The position numbers and the translations under genes were made by a program. A model generated the notes under the pieces. The model was not told where the DNA came from and made no database searches. It saw only the letters and a program-made list of their open reading frames with translations. Of a stretch of DNA of 64,000 bases, positions 1 through 9,624 are shown piece by piece (position 1 is the first letter of the stretch; every line of letters begins with the position of its first letter). Source of the stretch: Obrimoposthia wandeli (taxonomy: Eukaryota); NCBI GenBank assembly GCA_977020255.1, contig CDROCS010000084.1:1-64000 (forward strand). The letters run 5' to 3'.

Positions 1-459
1 ATGCTTCAGTTGATGATTGGTTTCATTTTGTTAAAAGCGCTACCTAAATTGAATTCGGTTAGGCTGTGCTTCACCGGTATGGGTGTTACACTATTATTTT
101 TTTTTTCTGTTCTTAAACGTATTTATTTATCAATTGACGAGGAATGCCTCTAACAATCCCCCAAGCATTCACTAACTAGTTACTGGTTTCAAGTGCAGCG
201 ATAGCGGCGCCAAGAGCGCTATTGTAGTAGCGGTTTATCTATCCTTGAAGTCCAGTTCAATTCAATAAATGATTAATAGGTTCGTTATTAAATGTTATTA
301 TTATATATTTAGCATTATTGCTTAAATTATTTTGATAGTGTACTAATTAAAACGAAGTGTCGTTTCCAGAACTTGGTGAGTAAGTTTCTATCACCTCTTG
401 GTGATTGGTAACTAACATAATCGTGAATATAAATTTATAAATAAGGGCCCAGTTTGCTT

Positions 460-1481
460 TCTATAGAATCTAATAAAGAGTTAGTTAATCTTAATACGCT
501 TGCTTTTCAGCCATCGCAGAGCAGTTTTACTGTCATTAAAAATGAAACACAGTTACTTCAAGCTTTACAACATGCGAAAGAGAAAGGATTTAAGTTATCA
601 AGTACTTTCAGGGAGTAATCTACTTATTGAGTGAAAAAGTCCCCGGGGTTAACCTTGCATATGCAATGAATGATATAATTGAACAGACCACTCAAGGAAG
701 TGTTTCTATAAGAGTTGCTGGCGGGAGAAAGGGTAATAAGCTTGTCAGAATATAGCGTTTCTAAAGGTTGGCAGGGCCTAGAAAACTTAGCGCTTATCGG
801 TTTGGTCGGTGCATCCCCCACGGTACAAAATATCGAGATTGCATATGGCACTGAACTAAAAAGATGTATTAATCAAAGTTCGCGCATATGATACGCAATT
901 AGCTACCTTTGTTGATCTTACAAATAACCAGTGCAAATTCGCATACCGAGATAGCATTTTTTAAACGCAGTAAAGCTAGGTACAATAGTGTTAAATGGAT
1001 TTTAAATAGCAAAATCGTTAATATCGATATTAAGTATCAAGCATTGAAGGAACATCTAACCACTTTGAATTTAAAGAACATAAGCAAAAGATGTATTTGA
1101 CGGTGTATGCGAGATTAAGATCTTTAAAACTGCCTGATCTAAATTAGTCGCTAATGCCGGAAGCTTCTTTAAAAACCCATGTGTCGATCAGCAGCATTTC
1201 GAGCAACTTAAGAAAAAGAGTATCACACTATTATTGGTTTTAAAGTTTCTGATAATACAATGAAGGTCGCGGCTGCTTGGATGATTGATAGCTGTGGCTG
1301 GAAAGGGTACGCCAAGCAAGGGGTAGGAGTATATTCAAAACAGGCGTTAGTGTTGATTCATAGCGGCGGGGCAAACATCAATCAGCTTTTAGCTTTAGCA
1401 ACTGACATAAAACAATCTGTACATCGAAAATTTCAGGTAATTCTTGAGATCGAGCCTCAAACATTTCCGCCCCAAAGTTAA
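460..1481 (+). pseudogene. murB: UDP-N-acetylenolpyruvoylglucosamine reductase, multiply frameshifted (likely sequencing error); start approximate
   Basis: Fragments read NLNTLAF, GSNLLI, GLENLALIG-LVGASP-VQNI-AYG, NAGSFFKNP, KVAAAWMIDSCGWKG, KQALVL, LEIEP across shifting frames. Confidence 0.85.
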
Positions 1482-1731
1482 TGAACATCTATTATTGCAC
1501 TTTCATGCCTAGGGATATTATATGAGTCAGCAAGAGCAAAGTACTGCAGTGCAAATTTAGATTGATGATAATCATTGTTACTCAGTGAATGTTTTTCACC
1601 TAGAGCTATAACTATCGGACATGCTCATCAGTATGGCTACATTGCGATCTACGAACAAAAGCAGCAGCTGATTGAATCGAAACAGAGAGAGTATAGTCCC
1701 GTTAGAAATATGAATTGAATCTAGCACTCAA

Positions 1732-1877
1732 CATTATGTCCGGTTAAAAAATGTAAGCCCTCTAACTCATTGATTTGTGATTTTCTATCATGGATAAGTA
1801 GATATTTTTTAGCTAAGGAGTATCTTCCGTTAACGTAAAATCAATGAGTTAGAGAGCAACAAAAATTAAACCGGACA
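1732..1877 (+). repeat. MITE-like family A copy 1; right TIR interrupted by IS110 (TIR resumes at 3298-3306)
   Basis: TGTCCGGTTAA...TTAAACCGGACA ends; perfect inner 17-bp IR CTCTAACTCATTGATTT (1760-1776)/AAATCAATGAGTTAGAG (1838-1854); four more copies in window. Confidence 0.85.
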
Positions 1878-1902
1878 TATATGGACACCCCATAATAGTC
1901 AA
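1876..1902 (-). promoter_or_regulatory. Outward -35 (TTGACT) that completes a sigma70 promoter with -10 TATGCT only at the IS circle junction
   Basis: Minus strand TTGACT at 1902-1897, 17-bp spacer, then TATG; joining to left end CTGAG gives TATGCT. Confidence 0.7.
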
Positions 1903-2200
1903 TTAAAAATGTCGTGTTTATCGTGCCGTCACACCACTATTAATACGCTGTTCTGTCGTGCAGTTTAATTGGTCATTGATAAATAGACGGTACTTTCACA
2001 TATATGCGGCTTCTTCGTGAACACTTTACTGTTCGAGCCATGATGACATTTAAGACGCGCCGACTGCCTTGGCACTAGCTTGGCTTCGAAAGCCGTTGTC
2101 CGGACACAGGTTCCAACCGGCGCTTAACCGTTTTACTCATCAGTGCCAATAGCACCGTCACAGGATTACTCCTTTTTAAAAATAGAAAATGCGTTACATC
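1892..2200 (-). ncRNA. Putative bridge/seekRNA region of the IS1111-type element
   Basis: ~310-bp non-coding end downstream of tnp; contains CATATATG (1999-2006, identical to IS end+core 1876-1883) and TGTCCGGACA (2097-2106, matching target CCGGACA); exact RNA boundaries unknown. Confidence 0.7.
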
Positions 2201-3217
2201 TTAGTAATTTGGTTGATAGTTATTGCCCCTCGCTAACACTGACCAAAGTATTCTTGCGAGCTTATTCGCTAGCGCGACAATGACGGTTTTAGGGGACTTA
2301 TGAGCGATCAAATTCTTAATCCAACAGGATAGTTTATCATCTTTATTATCAACCCAGTTGATCACCGTTCTTGCGCCATGAATGAGTAATGTTCGCAGCC
2401 GCTTGTTACCGTGTTTACTTATTTTTCCCATGTAACACTTTTCGCCGCTAGCATAATGCTTGGGTGTCAGGCCTAACCAAGCAGCAAACTGCCTACCTTT
2501 TTTAAACTGTTGCCCCGTATTAATGGCAGCGATTGTTTCGGCCGCAATGATCGGGCCAATCCCCGGTATTTGCTGTATTCGTTTGTAATCTTTGTCTAGT
2601 TTAAGGAGTTCATGAGATTGAGTTGTTGTTTTTTGGATGCGAGAGTCAAGCTTTATTAGTTCTAGGTACATTTCTTGGAAGAAGGTGCGGGCAGCCAAAG
2701 TGAGCGGTTGCTCTGCATCCTCTATGATACGAGGCAATTGCTTATAAAGTGTATTAGCCCCTGTCGCACAAACGATATGATATTCGGCGAGCAGGCCACG
2801 TACCTGGTTAATAACAGCAGTACGATGCTTCATCAGGCGTTCCCGAATACGCTGTAAACACTGTATATCTTGGTTTTTTAAAGATTTCACTGGCACAAAG
2901 TGGATGTTTGGCCGTTGACTCGCTTCGGCGATAGCGAGGGCATCATTACTGTCGTTTTTATTCCCCTGTACAAAGGGCTTAACTTTTATTGGAGGAATCA
3001 ATTTCACAGTATGACCAAGTTGTTGAATAGCTCTACCCCACGGATGTGAGGAGTAGCAAGCTTCCATAGCGACGATGGTTGGTTCAAATTGGCGAAGCTT
3101 ATGCAGCAAATCCTTCCTGACTACTTTAACGTTAGTGATAACCTTATTATCTGGACTTAAAGCGCATAACTGAAAAACATTCTTTGCTAAATCTATACTG
3201 ATTACGCTAGTCTTCAT
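2201..3217 (-). CDS. IS110 family transposase/bridge recombinase (DEDD RuvC-like + Tnp domain), 338 aa, intact
   Basis: IDLAKNVFQ, AMEAC, KNDSNDA catalytic motifs; IPGIGPI, FAAWLGLTP, SGEK serine motif, ANKLARI. Confidence 0.96.
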   Translation of the reverse strand: MKTSVISIDLAKNVFQLCALSPDNKVITNVKVVRKDLLHKLRQFEPTIVAMEACYSSHPWGRAIQQLGHTVKLIPPIKVKPFVQGNKNDSNDALAIAEASQRPNIHFVPVKSLKNQDIQCLQRIRERLMKHRTAVINQVRGLLAEYHIVCATGANTLYKQLPRIIEDAEQPLTLAARTFFQEMYLELIKLDSRIQKTTTQSHELLKLDKDYKRIQQIPGIGPIIAAETIAAINTGQQFKKGRQFAAWLGLTPKHYASGEKCYMGKISKHGNKRLRTLLIHGARTVINWVDNKDDKLSCWIKNLIAHKSPKTVIVALANKLARILWSVLARGNNYQPNY

Positions 3218-3463
3218 GTGTGGATGCCCCTGCTGATTGAGTTGTTAACGCTCCCAATATGGCACACTTTGATGCCGAGCGGGGGTGTCCATCTCAGCAC
3301 TAATGACTCGAAAGAGAAGTGTTAAGCACAATGTTGTGAATGCTAGCGACTATGCGTTTATCTTCGTAGAACTTGAGTTGAAATAGAATACTCATATTTC
3401 AAGGCGCTTATACTAATAATAGAGCGCGTCAACAACTGTAGATACGCTCTTTTTTATAGATCT

Positions 3464-4595
3464 TTAGTTGAAAGCTTGTTCAACATCACCAATCAGATCT
3501 TCGATATTTTCTATACCAATAGAGAAGCGTACTAAGTTACCTGAAATGCCTAATGTTTCGCATTTCTTTAGGGACAGAAGCATGAGTCACATCGTTTTCA
3601 GGATGATTAACTAACGATTAACACCCCTAAGCTTCTGCTAAGTCGACACTTTTAAGTTTTGCATAAAACTTAGCAGTTGCCGCAAAGTCACCCTCAAGAC
3701 GTGCACTAACAATACCTGAAAAAACCTTTCATCTGCTGTTTGCTATGTCTCCAACCCTGGGTATGATCTTCACTAAATTGTGGCATGGCTTCTAAGCTTT
3801 TGCAAAAGCCATGGCATTCTTTTGATGAACATCCACATACAGATCGCTAACGTTTTGGTAGCTAAGCAATAAAAAACAGTATTGATTTCGGCACCTGCTG
3901 CAAAACTGTACAAAAACGTAATTTTCATACAATGCTTGATCATTTAACATCAGCGCTCCACCAATGATATCACTGTGTCCACCGATGTATTTTTGTAACA
4001 CTGTGCATCACTATCGGCGCCAGTGCCAGTGGGTTTTTGGAGAAAATAGGCGAAGCAAAGTATTATCAGTAGCTAATATTACTTCCTTTGCTTTGGTTAA
4101 AGCTGCGAATAACAGCAATATCCAATGATTTTTAGCAGTGGATTAAGTCAAATTGATTCAACCCATACCAGCTTTGTTGGTATCCTTGAGAAATACTTCT
4201 CTATCTGCACGCTTGGAACGGTCATGTCCACGAATTCAAACTCTATGTTGTACTTAGCGTAAAACTCTCTAAATAAACGGCCAGTTCCACCATAGACATC
4301 GTCACGACAATCACATGACTGCCTGGTTCTAGTAAACTGTCCCACCACTTGTCTTGGCTAAACCTGAAGCAGTAAAGAAATTGCGTGCTCAGCATCTTCT
4401 AATGCAGCTAAAGGCTTTCTAACATCTCTGGTAAGTTTCCGGCTCTTAGGTAATCGTGAGTTTAGGAACACTGAGGAAATCCTGCACATAGGTTGACGTT
4501 TGGAAAATAGGCGTCATTATTGCTTGGTGAGTAGCATCAGGTGTAACGCCAGCATGTACACAAGTTGTTGATTTGTTTGAATACTCAATCGTCAT
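3464..4595 (-). pseudogene. Cys/Met metabolism PLP-dependent enzyme (cystathionine gamma-synthase/lyase-like), multiply frameshifted
   Basis: Fragments VHAGVTPD, TPIFQTSTY, DDVYGGT, KYIGGHSDIIGG, RFSIGIENIEDLI. Confidence 0.85.
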
Positions 4596-4717
4596 ATTCG
4601 CTCCAGAAAATAGCTTATTTAAAGGTGTTCATTCATAAACGCTGTGATTGCGAGGCTGGTCTAATATAGCTTCGCAATAAGCAGCCGTTTCTGAATAAAG
4701 GTTAAGAAGGCTGTCTG

Positions 4718-4846
4718 AGAGAACTGCGATCGTAGCGAGAGCCAAGCTGTTTAAGGCGAATAGTTGCTAAAATTATCGAAAATGAGCAATAAAATTGGAC
4801 TAATAGATTGGTTCGCAGTAAATAAATCTGTTCTCGGGTAGTCTCC
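4718..4846. repeat. Degenerate MITE-like element, family B relative
   Basis: AGGCTGTCTGAG...TTCTCGGGTAGTCTC imperfect ends resembling GAGGCTGTCGTAAAA TIR at 24547. Confidence 0.35.
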
Positions 4847-4995
4847 AGTCACTATAGTATAGAAGATCAAGCGATAGAGATTGTCTCTGATTATAGAGAT
4901 TAAGAATAAAAATTATGACTTTGTACCAATATATGTTTAAAATTCAATTAATATTACGAAATATTAGAAAATAGTAAAACTATGGGTAAAGTATT

Positions 4996-5471
4996 ATGAA
5001 TTCACCGCTACGATTAGATCGGCAAGAACGCGCGATGCTTGATTTACTGCAACAAGACGCTAATTTATCAGTTGCTAGCTTAGCGGAACAAGTAGGTTTA
5101 TCCAAGTCAGCTTGCTGGCGGCGCTTACAACAGTTAACTGATATGGGTTTGATTATCAAAAAGTAACCTTGTTAAATCAAGAATTGCTCAATTTCCAGCT
5201 CACGGTTTACATAACCGTACGTACACAGCGTTTTAATGAACCGAGGGCTGAACAATTCAAATTCTTGATTGATGATGTAGCAGAGCTTTTAGAAGTGCAT
5301 AGAATGACAGGGGATCGTGATTATTTATTAAAGGCGGTAGTACCTGATATGAAAGGTTATGACCGACTATTTAAATCATTAAGTAAGGCTGGTTTGAATG
5401 ACATCCACTCCAGCTTTGTGATGGAAACGATGAAACAAACCACCGCATTACCGCTTATTTATGCCAATTAG
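4996..5471 (+). CDS. Lrp/AsnC family regulator (one apparent frameshift near 5160), divergent from the Met/Cys lyase
   Basis: LLQQDANLSVASLAEQVGLSKSACWRRLQQL HTH, then HRMTGDRDYLLKAVVPDMKGY. Confidence 0.85.
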
Positions 5472-5494
5472 TGGTCTTTATTTTTCCCCTGAAT

Positions 5495-6760
5495 TTAACG
5501 CTTTTGAGTATCGATATATACTTTATTAGCTGACAGAAATTGGCTAATGCAACTGAGTTCTGCAATGCGCACAGCTGCGCCAATATCAGGACCTTTTTTG
5601 CCTTGCTTAATCGCTTCTTGAACGACGGACTTTTTATCCATAGTATCCAATGCAGTGACTAAGGCTTGTGCAAAATCAGCTTGAGGATAAGGCTTATCTA
5701 CGTAATCAGGACCACGCCCTTGGGCATCACAAATGCAAGCTTGCAGGAACTGCTGGAATCTTTCAGGTTGCGCCACTGCATTCAATTTATCGATTAACAG
5801 CTTATGTAGCGTTTTGCTTGTTAACTGAAAAATAGTATGGCACAAAGTGTGATTATCACTGGTGAGAAGCGCGATAGTTTTAAAGCGATTAGGTACTTTT
5901 ATTCGCTCGCAAAAAGCTTCAATAATGGGTAAGCCTGCTTGCTCATGACCATGAAGTTTACCGCGCTTTTTATGGCAAATTGCCTTGCCGAAATCATGGG
6001 TCAACGCTGCAAAACGTGTTTCAATATCACAATTTTTATCGGCTGCTTGCTTAAGTACCAGCATCGTATGGTTATAAACATCGCCTTCCGGGTGGTGCGC
6101 AACAGGTTGCGGAATGTTCACCATGACTTCTACTTCAGGGAAAATGCCCAGCCCTTGAAGCGCTTCAAAAAACAAATGAGGGTATTTTTCGCCAAGCGCC
6201 TTTTCTGTTTCTTTCCACACTCTTTCAGCGACTAAATGCTTTAGCTCGTCGTTATCTCGCAATTGCTGCATCAGCTGGTAAGTTTGGGGATGGATTTTCC
6301 ACTGATCGCCTAAGCGTGCTAAAAACCTGGCTACACGTAATACTCTTACTGGGTCTTCTGTAAAAGCTAAGGTGGTATGGCGAAGTACCTTATCTTGTAA
6401 ATCTTGTTGGCCGTTAAAAGGATCGATAATTTGGCCTTGCCCATCTCTTGCCATCGCATTGATGGTTAAATCTCTGCGCGATAAATCTTCTTCTAAAGTT
6501 ACAGAGCTACTTGCGTCTACTGTAAAACCGGTGTAGCCAGATCCGCTTTTTCGCTCTGTACGCGCTAGAGCATATTCATCTTTAGTTTTTGGATGCAAAA
6601 AAACCGGAAAATCACTACCAATAGCTTGAAAGCCTAGCTTTAACAAAGCATCAACACTTTCACCTACGACAACATAATCACTATCCGCGCATTCAACACC
6701 TAACAATGCATCACGAACTGCGCCGCCAACTAAATAAACTTTCTTAAACCTGGTATCCAT
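5495..6760 (-). CDS. cca: Multifunctional CCA-adding enzyme with HD domain
   Basis: YLVGGAVRD, DxD, GSDFPVFLHP, EYALARTERK, DLSRRDLTINA, EDPVRVLR, HHPEGD, THDFGK. Confidence 0.93.
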   Translation of the reverse strand: MDTRFKKVYLVGGAVRDALLGVECADSDYVVVGESVDALLKLGFQAIGSDFPVFLHPKTKDEYALARTERKSGSGYTGFTVDASSSVTLEEDLSRRDLTINAMARDGQGQIIDPFNGQQDLQDKVLRHTTLAFTEDPVRVLRVARFLARLGDQWKIHPQTYQLMQQLRDNDELKHLVAERVWKETEKALGEKYPHLFFEALQGLGIFPEVEVMVNIPQPVAHHPEGDVYNHTMLVLKQAADKNCDIETRFAALTHDFGKAICHKKRGKLHGHEQAGLPIIEAFCERIKVPNRFKTIALLTSDNHTLCHTIFQLTSKTLHKLLIDKLNAVAQPERFQQFLQACICDAQGRGPDYVDKPYPQADFAQALVTALDTMDKKSVVQEAIKQGKKGPDIGAAVRIAELSCISQFLSANKVYIDTQKR

Positions 6761-7138
6761 ATTATTTGATTCATCGCTAGAGGAGCGTCTACCGGAAAAC
6801 TAATAAGTCTTCAAGAGAGCTACTGGTGAGTGCTAAAGATTTGCTTGCATGCTATTACCTTAATAATACAGGTGACTCTGTTTTGTGTCATTTGATAAAT
6901 AATTTTAACAGTCTTAGCATCAATAAAGAGGAAGTATGCAAGGTGGATGTTAATAAGCAACGCTATGATCATTAGCCGTTACAACAGCTATTGGTAGTAC
7001 AAAGTTAGAATATAATCAGCATTGAGATGAAACAAACATCAGATTGTGCAAATTATTTATTAAAAGAGACTTAGCGCTAGCTTTTTATTAGTGTGTTGTT
7101 AAGATAACGCACTTTTAAATCTTGGATGAAATTTTATC

Positions 7139-7420
7139 ATGTTAAACACAGCTCTGTTAAAACTCGAGCAAGTCATTGATCAAATGATTGAACAGAATAA
7201 AATGTTAACTGCAGATGTTGAACGCGTGACACAAGAGCGAGATCAGCTAAGCAAAACATTACAACAGCTAGAAACTGATAATGAAACATTATTATTGGAT
7301 GGAATAGATCAAGAAGAGAAGCAAGAGCAGACCTTAGATCGTATAAAAGCGATGCTCAATCGTTTTGATCACAGCGAGCAAGAAGGTATATCATCAACCG
7401 TTGAAGTCAAAGCTGAATAG
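7139..7420 (+). CDS. Coiled-coil ZapB-like small protein
   Basis: LLKLEQVIDQMI...heptad coiled coil, 93 aa. Confidence 0.55.
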   Translation: MLNTALLKLEQVIDQMIEQNKMLTADVERVTQERDQLSKTLQQLETDNETLLLDGIDQEEKQEQTLDRIKAMLNRFDHSEQEGISSTVEVKAE

Positions 7421-7571
7421 GCAACAACGCAGCTATATAATTCGCAGGTAAAGCAATCGTTACACTTTACCTTACCTGCAACTATCCTAAACGTATTAAT
7501 GAAAGATATAGCTACAAAATATCCATTTACTAATTAGCGAAGTAGGACGAAAACTAGTTTCTATAGAGTAC

Positions 7572-7703
7572 TTACTCTTTAGGATCTTGGCTAATTAATG
7601 ATTTTACCTTGAACCAGCCCCAGACCATAGCTGCTGTCATACCTGCAATACCTAGAAGACTAGGCCAAAGTGTTTCAAATACATACGGGTCGATACCAAA
7701 CAT
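7572..7703 (-). CDS. 43-aa small membrane protein (not in ORF track)
   Basis: AAGGAGG SD upstream of ATG; MFGIDPYVFETLWPSLLGIAGMTAAMVWGWFKVKSLISQDPKE with one hydrophobic helix. Confidence 0.7.
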   Translation of the reverse strand: MFGIDPYVFETLWPSLLGIAGMTAAMVWGWFKVKSLISQDPKE

Positions 7704-8373
7704 AATAAATCCTCCTTATTGATAAGCTAAAGATACTCCCTTATGGTGTTAATAAATTGATCTAACGCAACAAAAATAGGGCTATAAAAAGGATTGTAAT
7801 TATGTCAGTATTTTTGTTGATACATGTCAAATTATTCTTCATTTGCACTCTCTTTTAGTGCTGTTTAATAATTATATCTATGTGGCTAAAAGAAGGATGT
7901 TTAAGAGAAACTAGCTAGCATGGATCTGTTTATGGTTACAACAAATACTAGGGTTGCGTCGGGTTTTACACACCTTCTAGGTAAGTTATGTTGAGGTCTC
8001 TAAACAATGAATCTGTAATAATCTGATAACAAAGTCAGTAAATGCATTTACAATAGAACACTCATCTCATTTAATTACCATGTTGGGTGGGATTTCCGGT
8101 TTACCTTTCGACCTAGAGAAATTACTTTAAAGACTAGATGCTGAATTGAGCTATATAAGTTTTTATTGGCTTATGCGTAAGCTGTATTAGCCTTGCACAC
8201 TGTCTAAAGCTGATTGATTGAGTATTTACAGTGGCACATTTGCCGTTGGGTTTATTGGTCTTTAGGTTTCAATAAATTCCCTTTCTTGGAGCAACTGTTC
8301 TCTCACCTCAATAATTAAGTAGTCGAAATGAACATAGCGGCCTTTTCAATTAGGGTCTCCACTCGTGGGTAAA

Positions 8374-8604
8374 TTACGGTGAAATGCGTTTATGTTTTTC
8401 TAAAATAATTTCTTTATTTAATATGCGAACTTCACTGACCATTAACAAACGCAGGTCATCGACAATATAATCAGCTAAAACTTGATCGGTAATACTGTCA
8501 CCTTCAATATCAAGCCTAAACCTTTGGCCTTGAATACCTCCACCGTTTGAAAAATCAATCTCGAAATCAAACTGAACTCGCTTGTCATCATTTTCTTTAT
8601 CCAC
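8374..8604 (-). CDS. Conserved-looking hypothetical 76 aa (resembles domain found with cyclase-family proteins)
   Basis: FDFEIDFSNGGGIQGQRFRLDI...LRLLMV..VRILNKEII..KHKR; GAGG SD. Confidence 0.6.
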   Translation of the reverse strand: MDKENDDKRVQFDFEIDFSNGGGIQGQRFRLDIEGDSITDQVLADYIVDDLRLLMVSEVRILNKEIILEKHKRISP

Positions 8605-8665
8605 AACAATACCTCTATTTTTACATTGAACCTACTTATCACATTGATATTACTTCGGTTTAAAA

Positions 8666-9133
8666 AAATCTAGATCGTAGACGAAGTCATTGTGGGGTAT
8701 TCAGCTTAAGTTATATCAGAAATTCACACCATGTTTTTCAGATTACATTTTGTTTGGATTCCAAAGTATCACCATAAAGTATTTGTTGAGCCATTTAGAG
8801 CTGATCTTAAAGCAATTATCCAAAAAATTGGATATGACTACGATATAGAAATTATAGAGCTTGAAATACCAGTTGATCATATTCATATGGTAGTACGAAC
8901 AGATCCAAAAATAGCACCATCTCATGTGATGCAAGTCATTAAAAGTATTTCGGCTCGGGAGGATTACACCCGCTATAAAAAGTGGGAGGGAAGCTGTGGA
9001 CTCAAAGTTATTTCCGTGGAAACAGTGGGAATGCTAGCGAAGAAGTAATTATGTTCAAGACCAACTATTGGTCATGAACAAAAGTGAATTAAATAGTAAG
9101 GCTCAAAAACTCGGTCGCTTGCGGCCGAGATTT
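8666..9133 (+). mobile_element. tnpA: IS200-like (Y1 TnpA-only) copy A, left hairpin lost, internal deletions
   Basis: HFVWIPKY, HIHM (HUH) motifs; right hairpin CTCGGTCGCTTGCGGCCGAG. Confidence 0.9.
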
Positions 9134-9180
9134 AAAATTAGATCTAGTTTTACCTTAAAACAGGGCTGTAGCGAGGCTGA

Positions 9181-9301
9181 CCCAATGGTCTGCGATCGAC
9201 ACTACTAAATCTAGACGCTTGGTTGTTCTAAATGACTACATTTAGTGGTGGTCAGGTCAAGCTAGTGAATCAGTCGCAGTAGACATTCGTTTCTGGATGG
9301 A
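9181..9301 (+). repeat. MITE-like family D, 5'-truncated copy
   Basis: Colinear similarity to 31497-31645, ending CGTTTCTGGATGG. Confidence 0.65.
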
Positions 9302-9624
9302 AGCTATCTATCTAGATAGCATACTAAGGAATAACAATTTTTGGATTTTGATTCGTAAGCTATCGAGTTAAACGTTAGCAGATGGATCAATAGGTTCAGT
9401 GGGTTAATGAGTTCACAGTGGCTTGATCATTCGTTATATCAAATAATTTAACGTCGTCAATTACTGACACATAAACAGATATTCATGATCTGAATTAGGA
9501 CAAGTGATTGAAAAAAGTTCAAATTCTAGTAAAACAATGTTATTTTAAAACAAGTGTTTAATTAACTGACTGCCTATTTGATCTTAATATAATAAAGCTA
9601 GGTGCAGTAACCGAGGAGTATTGG

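Larger units (their letters stand above)
1878..3297 (-). mobile_element. IS110 family, IS1111-type insertion sequence (~1420 bp)
   Basis: Sub-terminal IRs ATGGACACCCC (1881-1891)/GGGGTGTCCAT (3282-3292); CA core on both sides (1876-1877, 3298-3299); long non-coding segment downstream of the transposase. Confidence 0.92.
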
